A program made the translations under genes and the position numbers. This document shows positions 11,661-23,449 of a stretch of DNA of 64,000 nt, one piece after another. The stretch's first letter is position 1. Every line of letters begins with the position of its first letter. Source of the DNA: Mobula birostris (lineage: Eukaryota). The stretch is taken from contig NC_092374.1 in assembly GCF_030028105.1 (NCBI RefSeq), positions 174,864,057 through 174,928,056 of the forward strand, written 5' to 3'. The notes below the pieces were generated by a model. It was not told the origin of the DNA. It did not search any database and was given only the letters and a program-made list of their open reading frames with translations.

Positions 11661-13169
11661 CACATGTAACCCAGGTTAATTAAACCCAATGATGTAATGT
11701 TAGAAAGCTCCACCTACAGAGGGAAGAAAATGAGGTTTACCAATTTTTTTTTAGAAAGGGGAATTTGAAAAAAAAGCGCGATGTGAGAGGAGGCATGGTG
11801 AATGCATATGGACAAGGAAAGAAACACAGCAATGATTAGAAGCTGAATACATGAACCTGTAAGGGTGGAATGAGGAGTGAGTAGCTTTATCCTACTAACT
11901 TGAAACCCTGAGGGTGAAATCCCTGGAGGAGAGACAATAGTGATAAAATATTTATTGAAGCTATGACTATAACATGCAGCAGCTTTAGTGAGACAATATT
12001 GGCAGAGTCCAGTGTCCAAAATCCCTACTGTGTAGTCGGGAATTGGTTCTGTAAAATCATACCAAGGCATTTGGTCAAGTTTTGGTACAAGTTTGTGAAT
12101 TGACTTACTGTGGATGCTAAACGATTTCATCCAATGAACCAAGAAACAAGATGGCGAGCCACCCAAGAGTCGAAGAACCAGCGCGGGAATGAAATGCGTA
12201 ACGACGCAGAGGATTTAATACGGTTGGATGTACAAATTATGTTCATTTGAAGAACCTGAATTTGATTTTGTGCAAGAACTGACTACTTTTTGCAAAGACT
12301 TTGATAAGTTACTGAAAGAGATTTACTTTATTTAAATGTTGTGATGTTGCCTTCCAGCTGTTGGACGGCATTGTGTTGGGAGCAGGTCGAGGCCACTCAG
12401 CCCTTCCAGCCTGATCTCTCATTCAGCTTGGTCGTGGCTGATTGATCATACCCTCAACCCTGCATTGTCTACCACTCCGTAACCTTTCACCTCTGCTTAT
12501 CAAGTATGCACCTAACTCTGCGTGTTAGGGCGATTTTAGGGTTTCGCACATTTATAGATCACAAATGACTTTGACCACCAGTCTTCCATCTGAGTATAAA
12601 TTGTGGATTTAATTTGGAGTGCAGCGCGGAACATTACTTTCCTAAAAGCCGTGAATTCCAGACTAGACAATGCTGATTAAAATTCATTTGGATGTTTCTG
12701 GTGTGGTTGCATTTCAGCGGGTGTGAAGTTTGTGTGTAGTTTAAAAAGAAGTTATTGTCCATACTTTGTAAATATGCAACTGTCCTTTGATGCTTCGCAC
12801 ACAAAGTATCGAGCCTCACGTTGGGCCAGTAGACCTTTCCACTGAAAGTGACTCCACATGATGCCTGCTGTACCTTGTTTTGTTGAATAAAGAAGCTGCT
12901 TTGTGTCTCCAGTGACTTCATCATTGAAACAACAATGCCTGTAAAATAACCCAAGACTCTGCTTCATTTTGAGGAAAACTCAGCACCCTGTGAGTGAGAA
13001 CATTTCCCCTCGTCTCTGCTTTCAGTGAGTGTCCTGGCCGGTGTATGCTCCATTGTCTTACCTTTCCTAAGGTCCAGGATCAAATTTTTGATCTACTGAC
13101 GTTGAGTACAAGGTTGTTGTTGCAACACCACTCAACCAGCTGATCTGTCTCACTCCTGTACTCCTCGCC

Positions 13170-13680
13170 ACTGTCTGAAATTCTGCCAACAGTCAGCAAA
13201 TTCATAGATGGCAATTGAGCTGTGCCTAGTTACACAGTCGTGGGTGTAGACGGGGTAGTACTGAGGGCTAAGCACACATCCTTGAGGTGTGCCAGTGCTC
13301 ACTGTCAGCAAGGAGGAGGTGTTATTTTCGATTCACACAGTCTGTTGTCTCCTGGTGAAGAAGTTAAGGATCCAGTTGCAGAGGGAGACACAGAAACTCA
13401 GGTTGTGGAGCTTTTTGATTAGAACTGAGGGTATGATTAATCTGAACACTGAACTGTTTTGAAACAGGAGCCTGACGTAAGTATTACTAGTATCCTGGTG
13501 ATCCAAAGCCAAGTGGAGAGCCAGTGAGAATGTATCTGCTGTGGCAATAGGGAAATTGTAGTGGTTTGGGTCCTTGCTTAGGTAGGTGTTGATTCTAGCC
13601 ATGACCAACCCCTCAAAGCACTTCATCCAGTAGATGTGAGTGCCACTGGGTGGTAGTCATCGAGTTAAGGCAGAATCCAG
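13170..13680 (-). mobile_element. Rex1/Babar RT fragment
   Basis: KCFEGLVMARIN...TADTFSLALHLALDH...TYVRLLF...LCNWILNF...RQQTV. Confidence 0.85.
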
Positions 13681-14169
13681 AGAGATCCAGTTCAGTTTAT
13701 GAAATTGAAAGCTTAAATGGCAATGGAAAGGGACAGGTCAAGTCAAGTCAATTTATTGTAAGTTAACCATGTAGATGTATACAACATACAGTATATAACC
13801 ATATAATGTATATAGAAATGAAACAATGATTCTCTGGACCAGGGTGTAAAGCATAGAGGTACACATAACACATGTAACACCTGATAACTTATGAAGGTAA
13901 GGATAAATTCTACAGATGAATCATGCATAAATAACAAACTAAACTGCATAAAGTGAATATTGGAAGGTACGGAACAGATTAACCAGGGACACTTCGAATG
14001 CAATGCAGGACCACTCTAGGATTCAAATAGTCAGTTGAAGTAGGATTGACCCAGGTAAACTAGAAAGAAAGCCAAGCTAAGAAATTTGTTTGTGCATAAT
14101 AAGAGGCTTTGCAGTGGAGATGTTTCACCTACAGTCTGGGTACATTCCTGTAGAGGGAAGGAAAACTAA

Positions 14170-14380
14170 TGCCAGAGCTCCCTAATGCCAAAGAAGAAAG
14201 TCCATGCACCCCAGATCCCTCCACTCATTCACTATGTCCCTTCAAGCTCACATCATACCTTTTGAAATGTAACATGACACTTTTCCCAGGAATAAATTTC
14301 ATCCACATCCTCTCCATCCATTCCACCGTCCTCTTAACAACTTCTTCACAATTCACACCCTCCAGTTCTGTACAGACTGC
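14170..14380 (-). mobile_element. Old CR1 RT fragment
   Basis: ERMWMKFIPGKSVMLHFKR aligns to CR1 ERWQMEFNTDKCEVLHVGR seen at 17-19 kb. Confidence 0.65.
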
Positions 14381-14559
14381 AGATTGGGCCCCAGTGACCA
14401 CGGACCACCAGTCAGGAGTGAGGATGGTGAGTGAAGATTGAAGAAGGGCAGTGGGGATCATTACTGTTAGATCTGGCCCAGCCCCTGATCTGTACCCCAT
14501 GCTTGTACCCATAGGGTTTGTCCCCCAGGTAGAGTACCACAGTCTATTCCCTCAGTGTC

Positions 14560-15490
14560 TGTGCCCCCAATGTCTCTGCCCACAGGCCACCATCAGGGTC
14601 CTTATCCCAGGGTAGGTGCCCTCATGGTCAGTACTCCCTCTATCCATATCCAGCATATCTTCCTTCATCACATCCATCGGCCGTGGTGGAATACCACTTC
14701 GTCACACCTTCTCCTCATACTGCACTTTCGGCTACCTGTAGGGACCACTCCCTTCATGACTCACTGGCCCACTCATCCCTCCCCTCTACAGACACCACAG
14801 GAGGTGTCCCTATGCCCTCTCCACTGCCTCCATCTAGGGACCTAAACACCCCTTCCAGGTGAAGGTATATTCATTTGCACCACTTCCAAACTCCTCCACT
14901 GTTTTCAGTACTCCAGCCTGATTTACATCAGCGAGATCAAGGGGCAGCCATTTAGCAGTCTTGTGTCCTGTCCACACCACTGACCTGATCTCTCACCCAT
15001 TGGTCTGTACATTCTACTTTCAGATATCAGATAATCAGTCTGTGTTCCCTTCCAATTTGCTATGTTCTCTCCAGCTTACTCCCCCATCCCTTTATCCAGT
15101 TTGCTTCCCTCCCCAACACTCACTCTGATCCCACCTGCCCATTCGATAATAAATAGGTTTAAATACACCTAATTACCTGGTGTTCTCCTCCCCTGGCCAA
15201 ACCTATCCCAACACACCGCCCCGCCCCACCCCACCCCCTCTCCTCTGCTTTCTGGATCCATCCGCCTATCACCACTCTCCCTCTGGGTCTACCTATTACC
15301 GACAGAGTCTGTCTCTGAACTCCCTCGGCCCTCACCTGGTTCTACCCATCACCTACCATCCCTGACCTCACCCCTCGCCTTCACCTCTCTGATCTCTTTC
15401 ACAGCCCTCTACACTCTCAATCCCACGGCACTGACCATCACTCTAATTCTACAAATGATTCTCGCCGTACTGAATTTCTTTAGCAGGTTG
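14560..15490 (+). mobile_element. Old Penelope-like copy
   Basis: Decayed match to the RVPLVLTHHPTSLRTQHTIL region and 3' end of the 53.8-55.1 kb Penelope. Confidence 0.55.
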
Positions 15491-15575
15491 TCTTTCTCCT
15501 TCTGTGTAATTTTCCCCGGGGTCTGGCCCCCAGGATCTGTGACATCAGGACCCTGCCTCTCCCTCCCGTTCCCAT

Positions 15576-15784
15576 ACTTTCAATTTGTGATTCCAAACTC
15601 CGCTCACTCCACCCTTCCCGGCAACTGATGACTCACACATCAGCTCTTTTTATGATTGGACGGATGCGGCTGTTTGTAATTTTATTTCCAAGTGACTCGA
15701 ACTTCTGCGACGATTTCTGCCCAGAGACCAATGACTATAAATGGATGCGGATTATGATTGGGCTACACAATGGCGCGGACCAAT
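15576..15784 (+). promoter_or_regulatory. MHC-type promoter: ISRE-like element, two X1-X2-Y modules, extra CCAAT box
   Basis: ACTTTCAATTT 15576-86. CCCGGCAACTGATG-ACTCA-N16-ATGATTGG 15617-59. CCCAGAGACCAATG-ACTAT-N15-ATGATTGG 15720-61. CCAAT 15780-84. Directly upstream of a leader-like exon. Confidence 0.8.
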
Positions 15785-15929
15785 CAGCGTATTCGGGTTG
15801 AAGCTGACGGGTCTCTCACGGAGTCTGCCGGCCTTGGGGAGCGGGGAATTGTAATGTTATCGTGTAATTGTCATGTTACCGTGCAGTGACGGAGGACATG
15901 GAAACTCGAAACAGCGCTGAGAGGGAGGA

Positions 15930-15982
15930 ATGATGCTACATCTACTCTTGCGGAGGGGTCCTCTGTGGAGGGGTCTCCGCAG
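15930..15982 (+). CDS. MHC class I signal-peptide exon, +1 frameshifted as assembled
   Basis: Ends ...GTC CTC TGT GGA GGG GTC TCC GCA G|GTGAGT (VLCGGVSA, phase 1). ATG to donor is 53 nt; removing one base near 15948-15951 gives e.g. MMLHLLLGGVLCGGVSA. Confidence 0.7.
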
Positions 15983-16199
15983 GTGAGTGAAGAGTCAATG
16001 GTCAGCGGGACATTCAGCCCCCGGTTAGCAGCGGTGGTGCCAGAGAATTTTTCTTGCTGGTGCTGCAGTGGGACTGAATTATTCGGTGATGGTGCTGAGG
16101 GATGTACCTTAAGGCAGGGGTCCCCAACCTTTTTTGCACTGCGGACCGGCCGACCCGGTGGGAGGGGGGTAGGGTTGCCAACCGACAAGAATAGCAGTC

Positions 16200-16295
16200 A
16201 ACACACATCAAAGTTGCTGGTGAACGCAGCAGGCCAGGCAGCATCTGTAGGAAGAGGTGCAGTCGACGTTTCAGGCCGAGACCCTTCGTCAGGAC
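16200..16295 (-). mobile_element. About 95-bp solo Penelope-terminus/hammerhead element
   Basis: GTC CTGACGA AGG..CCT GAAACGTCGACTG...gatgtgtgtt; absent from the homologous MITE site at about 26100. Confidence 0.75.
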
Positions 16296-16865
16296 ATAAT
16301 ACGTTGTGTTTACCCCGAGAAAGACTACCATGACCATGAAGCCTTGCGCGGGCACCAGTGTGCGCATGTGTGTACCTGCCGATCCTTTTTCTACAGATCG
16401 GTTTTGGCGATTCTGTTCAGTGAAACTACACTGTACATACATTACTTCTACTTTATATAGGCTGTGTATTTATCATATCATTCCTGCTTTTACTATATGT
16501 TAGTGTTATTTTAGGTTTTATGTAACACAGCGCATGAATATAGTGATAAGTCAATTATAAGTCACTTATAAGTCAATAGCATCGTAACATTTTAAGTAAC
16601 GTTTGGATATTTAACACACAGCACATTATTTTCCCCGTATGAACATATAAAATCATTGCAACACACCAATATCGCTGAATCAGTGGGAACCCTAGGCTTG
16701 TTTCCCTGCAACAAGACGGTCCTATCAAGGGGTGATGGGAGACAGCGATACTCGAAGGGGGTTCCTTATGTCCAGTCTATTCCGCAATTTAGTTTTCGTT
16801 GCATTCATTGTAGAAAGGCCTGCTTCGCAGAGAAATGTTGGAAATGGAAGCAACGTTTTCAGAGA

Positions 16866-19435
16866 TTTAGAAATCATAGAAAAACTACAGCACAGAAACA
16901 GGCCTTTTGGCCCTTCTTGGCTGTGCTGAACCATTTTCTGCCTAGTCCCACTGACCTGCACATGGACCATATCCCTCCATACACCTCCCATCCATGTATC
17001 TGTCCAATTTATTCTTAAATGTTAAAAAAAGAACCCACATTTACCACCTCGTCTGGCAGCTCATTCCATACTCCACCACTCTCTGTGTGAAGAAGCCCCC
17101 CCCAATGTTCCCTTTAAACTTCCCCCCCTCACCCTTAACCCATGTCCTCTGGTTTTCTTCTCCCCTTGCCTCAGTGGAAAAAGCCTGCTTGCATTCACGC
17201 TATCTATACCCATCATAATTTTATATACCTCTATCAAATCTCCCCTCATTCTTCTATGCTCCAGGGAATAAAGTCCTAACCTATTCAACCTTTCTCTGTA
17301 ACTGAGTTTCTCAAGTCCTGGCAACATCCTTGTAAACCTTCCCTGCACTCTTTCAACCTTATTTATATCCTTCCTGTAATTTGGTGACCAAAACTGAACA
17401 CAATACTCCAGATTCGGCCTCATCAATGCCTTATACAATCTCATCATAACATTCCAGCTCTTATACTCAATACTTTGATTAATAAAGGCCAATGTACCAA
17501 AACCTCTCTTTATGACCCTATCCACCTGTGATGCCACTTTTAGGGAATTTTGTATCCGTATTCCCAGATCCCTCTGTTCTACTGCACTCCTCAGTGCCTT
17601 ACAATTAACCCTGTATGTTCTACTTTGGTTTGTCCTTCCAACGTGCAATACCTCACACTTGTCTGTATTAAACTCCATCTGCCATCTTTCAGCCCATTTT
17701 TCCAGCTGGTCCAAGTCCCTCTGCAGGCTCTGAAAACCTTCCTCACTGTCTACTACACCTCCAATCTTTGTATCATCAGCAAATTTGCTGATCCAATTTA
17801 CCACATTATCATCCAGATCATTGATATAGATGACAAATAACAATGGACCCAGCACTGATCCTTGTGGCACACCACTAGTCACAGGCCTCCACTCAGAGAA
17901 GCAATTCTCTGCTACCACTCTTTGGCTTCTTCCATTGAGCCAATGTCTAATCCAATTTACCTCCTCTCCATGTATACCTAGCGACTGAATTTTCCTAACT
18001 AACCTCTCGTACGGGACATTGTCAAATGCCTTACTGAAGTCCATGTAGACAATATCCACTGCCTTCCCTTCATCCACTTTCCTGGTAACCTCCTCGAAAA
18101 ACTCCAATAGATTGGTCAAACATGACCTACCACGCACAAAGCCATATTGACTCTCCCTAATAAGTCCCTGTCTATCCAAATGCTTGTAGATTCTGTCTCT
18201 TAGTACTCCCTCCAATAACTTACCTACTACCGACGTTAAACTTACTGGCCTGTAATTTCCCGGATTACTTTTTGATCCTTTTTTAAACAACGGAACAACA
18301 TGACCCACTCTCCAATCCTCCGGCACCTCACCTGTAGGCAGCGACATTTTAAATATTTCAGCCAGGGCCCCCGCAATTTCAACACTAGTCTCCTTCAAGG
18401 TCCTAGGGAACACCCTGTCAGGTCCCGGGGATTTATCCACTTTAATTTTCCTCAAGACACCAAGCACCTCCTCCTTTTCAATCTGTACAGTTTCCATGGT
18501 CTCACTACTTGTTTCCCTTAATTCCATAGACTTCATGCCAGTTTGCTTAGTAAATACAGATGCAAAAAACCTGTTTAAGATCTCCCCCATTTCCTTTGGT
18601 TCCGCACATAGCCGACCACTCTGATCTTCAAGAGGACCAATTTTATCCCTTACAATCCTTTTGCTCGTAATATACCTGTAAAAGCTCTTTGGATTATCCT
18701 TCACTTTGACTGCCAAGGCAACCTCATGTCTTCTTTTAGCCCTCCTGATTTCTTTCTTAAGTATTTTCTTGCACTTCTTATACTCCTCAAGCACCTTATT
18801 TACTCTCTGTTTCCTATACATGTCATACAACTCCCTCTTCTTCTTTATCAGAGTTGCAATATCCCTTGAGAACCAAGGTTCCTTATTCCTATTCACTTTG
18901 CCTTTAATTCTGACAGGAACATACAAACTCTGCACTCTCAAAATTTCGGCTTTGAAGGCTTCCCACGTACCGATCACATCTTTGCCAGAGAACAACCTGT
19001 CCCAATCCACGCTTCTTAGATCCTTTCTCATTTCTTCAAATTTGGCCTTCTTCCAGTTCAGAACCTCAACCCTAGGACCAGATCTATCCTTGTCCATGAT
19101 CAAATTGAAACTAATGGTGTTATGATCACTGGAACCAAAGTACTCCCCTACACAGACTTCCGTCACTTGTCCTAACTCGTTTCCTAACAGGAGATCCAAT
19201 ATTGCATCCCCTCTAGTTGGTCCCTCTATATATTGATTTAGAAAACTTTCCTGAGCACATTTTACAAACTCTAAACCATCTAGACCCCTAACAGTATGGG
19301 AGTCCCAATCAATATATGGAAAATTAAAATCCCCTACCACCACAACTTTGTTTCCTGCAGTTGCCTGCTATCTCTCTGCAGATTTGCTCTTCCAATTCTC
19401 GTTGACTATTGGGTGGTCTGTAATACAATCCCACT
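16866..19435 (-). mobile_element. CR1 LINE, 5'-truncated, long open ORF2 (endonuclease C-terminus plus RT, 760 aa)
   Basis: ORF 17061-19343: VVGDFNFP, SDHN, NYRPVSLTS, GVPQGSVLGP, FADD; 3' tail ttctatgatttcta. Confidence 0.95.
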
Positions 19436-19729
19436 CATGGCTATCTCAGGATATTTAGCCTTGACTTTGATTCGGAATGCCGGCAGAGATGTTATGTCAA
19501 ACATACTTTTCTGCCCGTCATCATTTGCAAGCTCGAGGAGTTGATCTTCTTCCCGCGCTGACATGGATGACGCATGGATAATGACCTCGGGTGCGTTCAA
19601 GTTCAACAGTGGGCGTGACAGGGAATGAGGAAAAGTGCAGCTGACTGATATCGCCAAATCGTATCATTTCCTCGCGACCCAGTAGCACATGCTTTGCAGC
19701 CCGGTGGTTGGGGACCGCTGCCCTGTGGT

Positions 19730-21360
19730 AATATGTATTTACAAGGCCAGACACGTGGCGTTCAAAAGTCAGTTTCAAGCATTATGTGCCTACTATAAAT
19801 GCTTCTGTTGATTCACAAGCAACAGCAATTGATCAATATAATATAGGAGTGAACTGTGACATTGTCAACAGTATCGGCGACAACCCGGGCTACACAGAGC
19901 ATAAACAAACAAACCAACAGAGCATCCGACCCACAGCGCACAACGTGAATCACGCACCAATCCCGCAATCAGCGTCAAATTCGTGCTTTTCAACTGAAAA
20001 ACACAACACTAACCCACAATGTCCACTGCTATTCGCATTACATAGACAGACAATGCCAAAAGATACACCGTTATTAAAGTCAAATAAGGCAAACAACAGA
20101 TGCAAGGCTTTACCAGGAGTTCGACAAATCGTACTCTGACCATGCAATACCTCAATTAATTCGGCTACTGAATTTAAAACAAAAATCAACAGAATCACCG
20201 CTTGGAAATCTAAGCAAAACCAGTAGGCTTAATAGCAGTAAATGTAATAGTTTAGGATTTTCAGGAAACATAAGGACTATGGGGTATCCACCACAAAATA
20301 ATAATAATAATCAGCATTAGTTTGGCCCAAATTTTTAAAAAATCAACTGCACTCACCATTAATGTTTTCAGAGAAGCACAATCTGTCTGTTGTTGTGATT
20401 GGTGGTGAAAGCATCAATGATTTTCTGGGTGTCAAGTGCTTTGATCCTCCGGCTGTTTATGGCCAACAGGGCCAAGTTGCTGTTCTGAGCATCGCCGCTG
20501 CCATTCCTTAGGTAGCTTTTGAGGCATCTGAGGCAAGAGAAACTCCGTTCACAGGAGGCAGACGTCACAGGTAGAGTCAGTGATATGCAGATTAGTTTGT
20601 ATAAATCTACAAATGCATCGTGGTAGGGTCTCATTAGAGCTAGAAATTCCACTGTGTCATTCACTGTCTGTCCTTGCTGGAGACTCAACCACTGCTCTCA
20701 TATACTCACGATTTTAGACAATCTTTGCATGTCCTTTGTCAAGCATATTTCCCAATCTTGAACCGTCTTGTTTTCTCAGTCTGAATTCAACCCATGACTC
20801 CATAGCAAACTTATGAGCTGCACTTACATGGTGGGTTTTGAAAGCTGTTGTAGCTTTCCACCAGTTGCGGTGACCGGTGACAGTGAAGGTAAACTCAGAA
20901 TGGAACCCATGTCCTCCACACAGGAAATGCCTGCATGCGAAGCAGGACGTAGTATCTTTCATGATCGAATATTCCAGTCAGTCAAACCAGCCACCAATAA
21001 AACTCCTTTGCTGATTGCCAAACTTGTTGTGAGCAGCGAAGGGTACTTTCTCAATGCTGGCCAATGGGGTCCTTCCTCAGGCTGCTGGCTAATATCGTTA
21101 ACAGTATTCCCACTAACACCAAGAGCAGCTTCATCCACGTTCTCTTCCGAATCCCGCTCCATTTCTTGTTCCTCTACTTCACCCTCACACTCCTTCAATG
21201 AACTGCTGTCGTCCTCATCCCCACTTACTTCTTTTTGCATGTCACTCAATTAAGACAGGCTCAGGCTGAGACACCACTGATTACTCTGGACGAGGTCCTT
21301 TTCTCACTAAAAATAGATCCATTTTTCACGCTGCCAAGATAATGCACGTGCCAGGCCCAC
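19730..21360 (-). mobile_element. hAT (Tip100/ZMYM1-like) internally deleted transposase remnant
   Basis: LTLPVTSASCERSFSCLR dimerisation motif (20368-20688) and a CFACRHF...NWWKA...H...H zinc-finger-like segment (20714-20962). Confidence 0.8.
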
Positions 21361-22059
21361 GCTAGCTTGTAAACGTTGTGTGTGTGTGTGTGTGTGTGTG
21401 TGTGGCATCCGTTAGTCTCGCGAGACCATGGATCTGCGCCTGGATGTATACTATCGATCCCTCGCGTGAGTGAGAGTGAGTGACATCATCACCTTAAGTG
21501 ATCTTAGATCAGCTAACTGACCTGAGGACAGCAACGGCAAGACATTGACAACGAACGAATAAGCAGAAGCATAGAGTGGATCTAACAGAGTTTATAACTT
21601 CATTGCTGTGTGGTTGCTATGGTAATTGGGGGCGTTGTTTCACTAGATCAACTGGAGAAACAAGCTGTATTCAAAACTCTACAGAGACAGCAGCTGCAAT
21701 TTGTATGTGAAATTTCAGTTAATTTCTTGGTGGTGCTATTGTAATTTCTGCTGGTACTATAGCACCAGCAAGCACCGCCACTGTGTGAGGGTCCCACGCC
21801 ACCCAGCCTAAGGTCAGTGGAGGGCGGTTTGGAGGTGTTGTGTGGTGGGAGCCCCTGCAGAGACTGCACACAGGAGGCAAGATGCGGAGGGATGGGTTAA
21901 CTTTGACACCTTCACTGACTTGGGCAGGAACTGGACGTGGACAGTGGGACACCAGATGGCTGGTTACACTGGGGTTTAGAGGATGGCGAGGGAAGAGCCA
22001 ATTCAGTCCTGTAGATCCGTGCTGGAGTACTGCTTCCTCCCGACATGTTAAGGTGAGGT

Positions 22060-22109
<50 letters not shown>

Positions 22110-23449
22110 GGGCATTTACAGAGGACAGAGAGGAGTTTGTACTGGGTTGTGGGAAGGAAGCTAAATGTATTACAGAAAGGGAAGGAGGTGAGACACCTTC
22201 ACGTTGTGAAGGAGAGGTTATTAATCTGTTAACCAGAGGGGTCTATGTACTGGCCAGCGCGGAACACCCTATCAGAGGCAGAGTATTGTCCAATCCCTCC
22301 CACCTGTGTTGCGTGAATGAAGTCACCGGAGAAAATTACTGGTAGATACAAAGCAGCTTCTTCATTCGACAAAACAAGGTACAGCAGGCATCATATGGAG
22401 ATGCTTTCAGTAGAAGGGAGTCATTGGCCCAATATGGGGCTTGATATTTTATGTGCCAAACATCAAAGGACAACTCCATATTTACAAAGCCTGGACAATG
22501 CTTTCTTTGAAACTACATACAACATCCACACCTCCTGATTTACATCCTTACCACAGACATCCAAATGAATATTAAGCAGCATTGTCTGGTCTGGGAGTCC
22601 AGGCATTTCGAAACCCATTGTTCAGAGCTGCACCCCAAATTAAACGCACAATAAATTTTCAGACGTGAAGACTGGCAGCCAAAGTCAATTGTTAAATGTA
22701 AATGTCCTAAACCCAAAAATCACTCTAACACCACCCACTCATTTTCTCACATTCCCAGTTCTGGACCTGAAACATTAGCTATGGTGCTGCCTGGGCTGTT
22801 CAGAGTTTCCAGTTTTATGGTGCAGCCCATTTTGTGCCTTCCTCCCTCTCCCGGGAATGAAACCTTTGGAGTTTCCGTAGCTCTGTGTTTTTACACGATC
22901 GGGTTGCTAGCCTCGTGCCCAACCCTCCTCCTTTCCCATCCGGTCCCGAAACCATCCATGGCTGAGTTTTTCCGATTGAAATGTCCAAATGTCTCTTTAA
23001 TGTAGTGTTAGTATGTGATTGCACCACATCCCCGGCAGTGAGTTTCAGATATCAGACACCCTCCGGGTAAAAACACCAGATCTTCTGTGAAACTCCTTCC
23101 TCTCACCTTAACCTATGACCCCGTGTTTTAATACCCCTATGATGGGACAAAGATTTTGACGTCCTTCCGAACTGTGCCTGTTACATATCGGGTCCACCCC
23201 CTTGGCCTCCTATAGTGTACTGAGCAGAAATGCTCACAGTACTCAGTGCAGACTGTCCACCGTTTTATGCAGTTCCAATTGTAGGGAGAATGAGATCTTC
23301 TTTACCTTCTCTGTCAAGGATAATCTGAAAATCATCTGTATATCAAGAGCAGAGGTGCCTGAAGGATCAGTGTGGCTGTATATGTGTGGAGCCTGCGGTC
23401 TCAAATAAATACTTCACATCTCCACTTACTGGGGAGAAGGTCAGACCCA

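Larger units (their letters stand above)
16115..19720. mobile_element. hAT MITE interrupted by a mini hammerhead element and a CR1
   Basis: TIRs CAGGGGTCCCCAACC (16115) and GGTTGGGGACCGCTG (ends 19720); the flanks match only 5/8. Confidence 0.75.

Noticed and set aside
14225-14512. Protein-like ORF (ELEGVNCEEVVKRTVEWMERMWMKFIPG) as a novel gene
   Set aside because: It aligns to the CR1 RT C-terminal motif WQMEFNxxKCEVxHF, so it is a decayed LINE.
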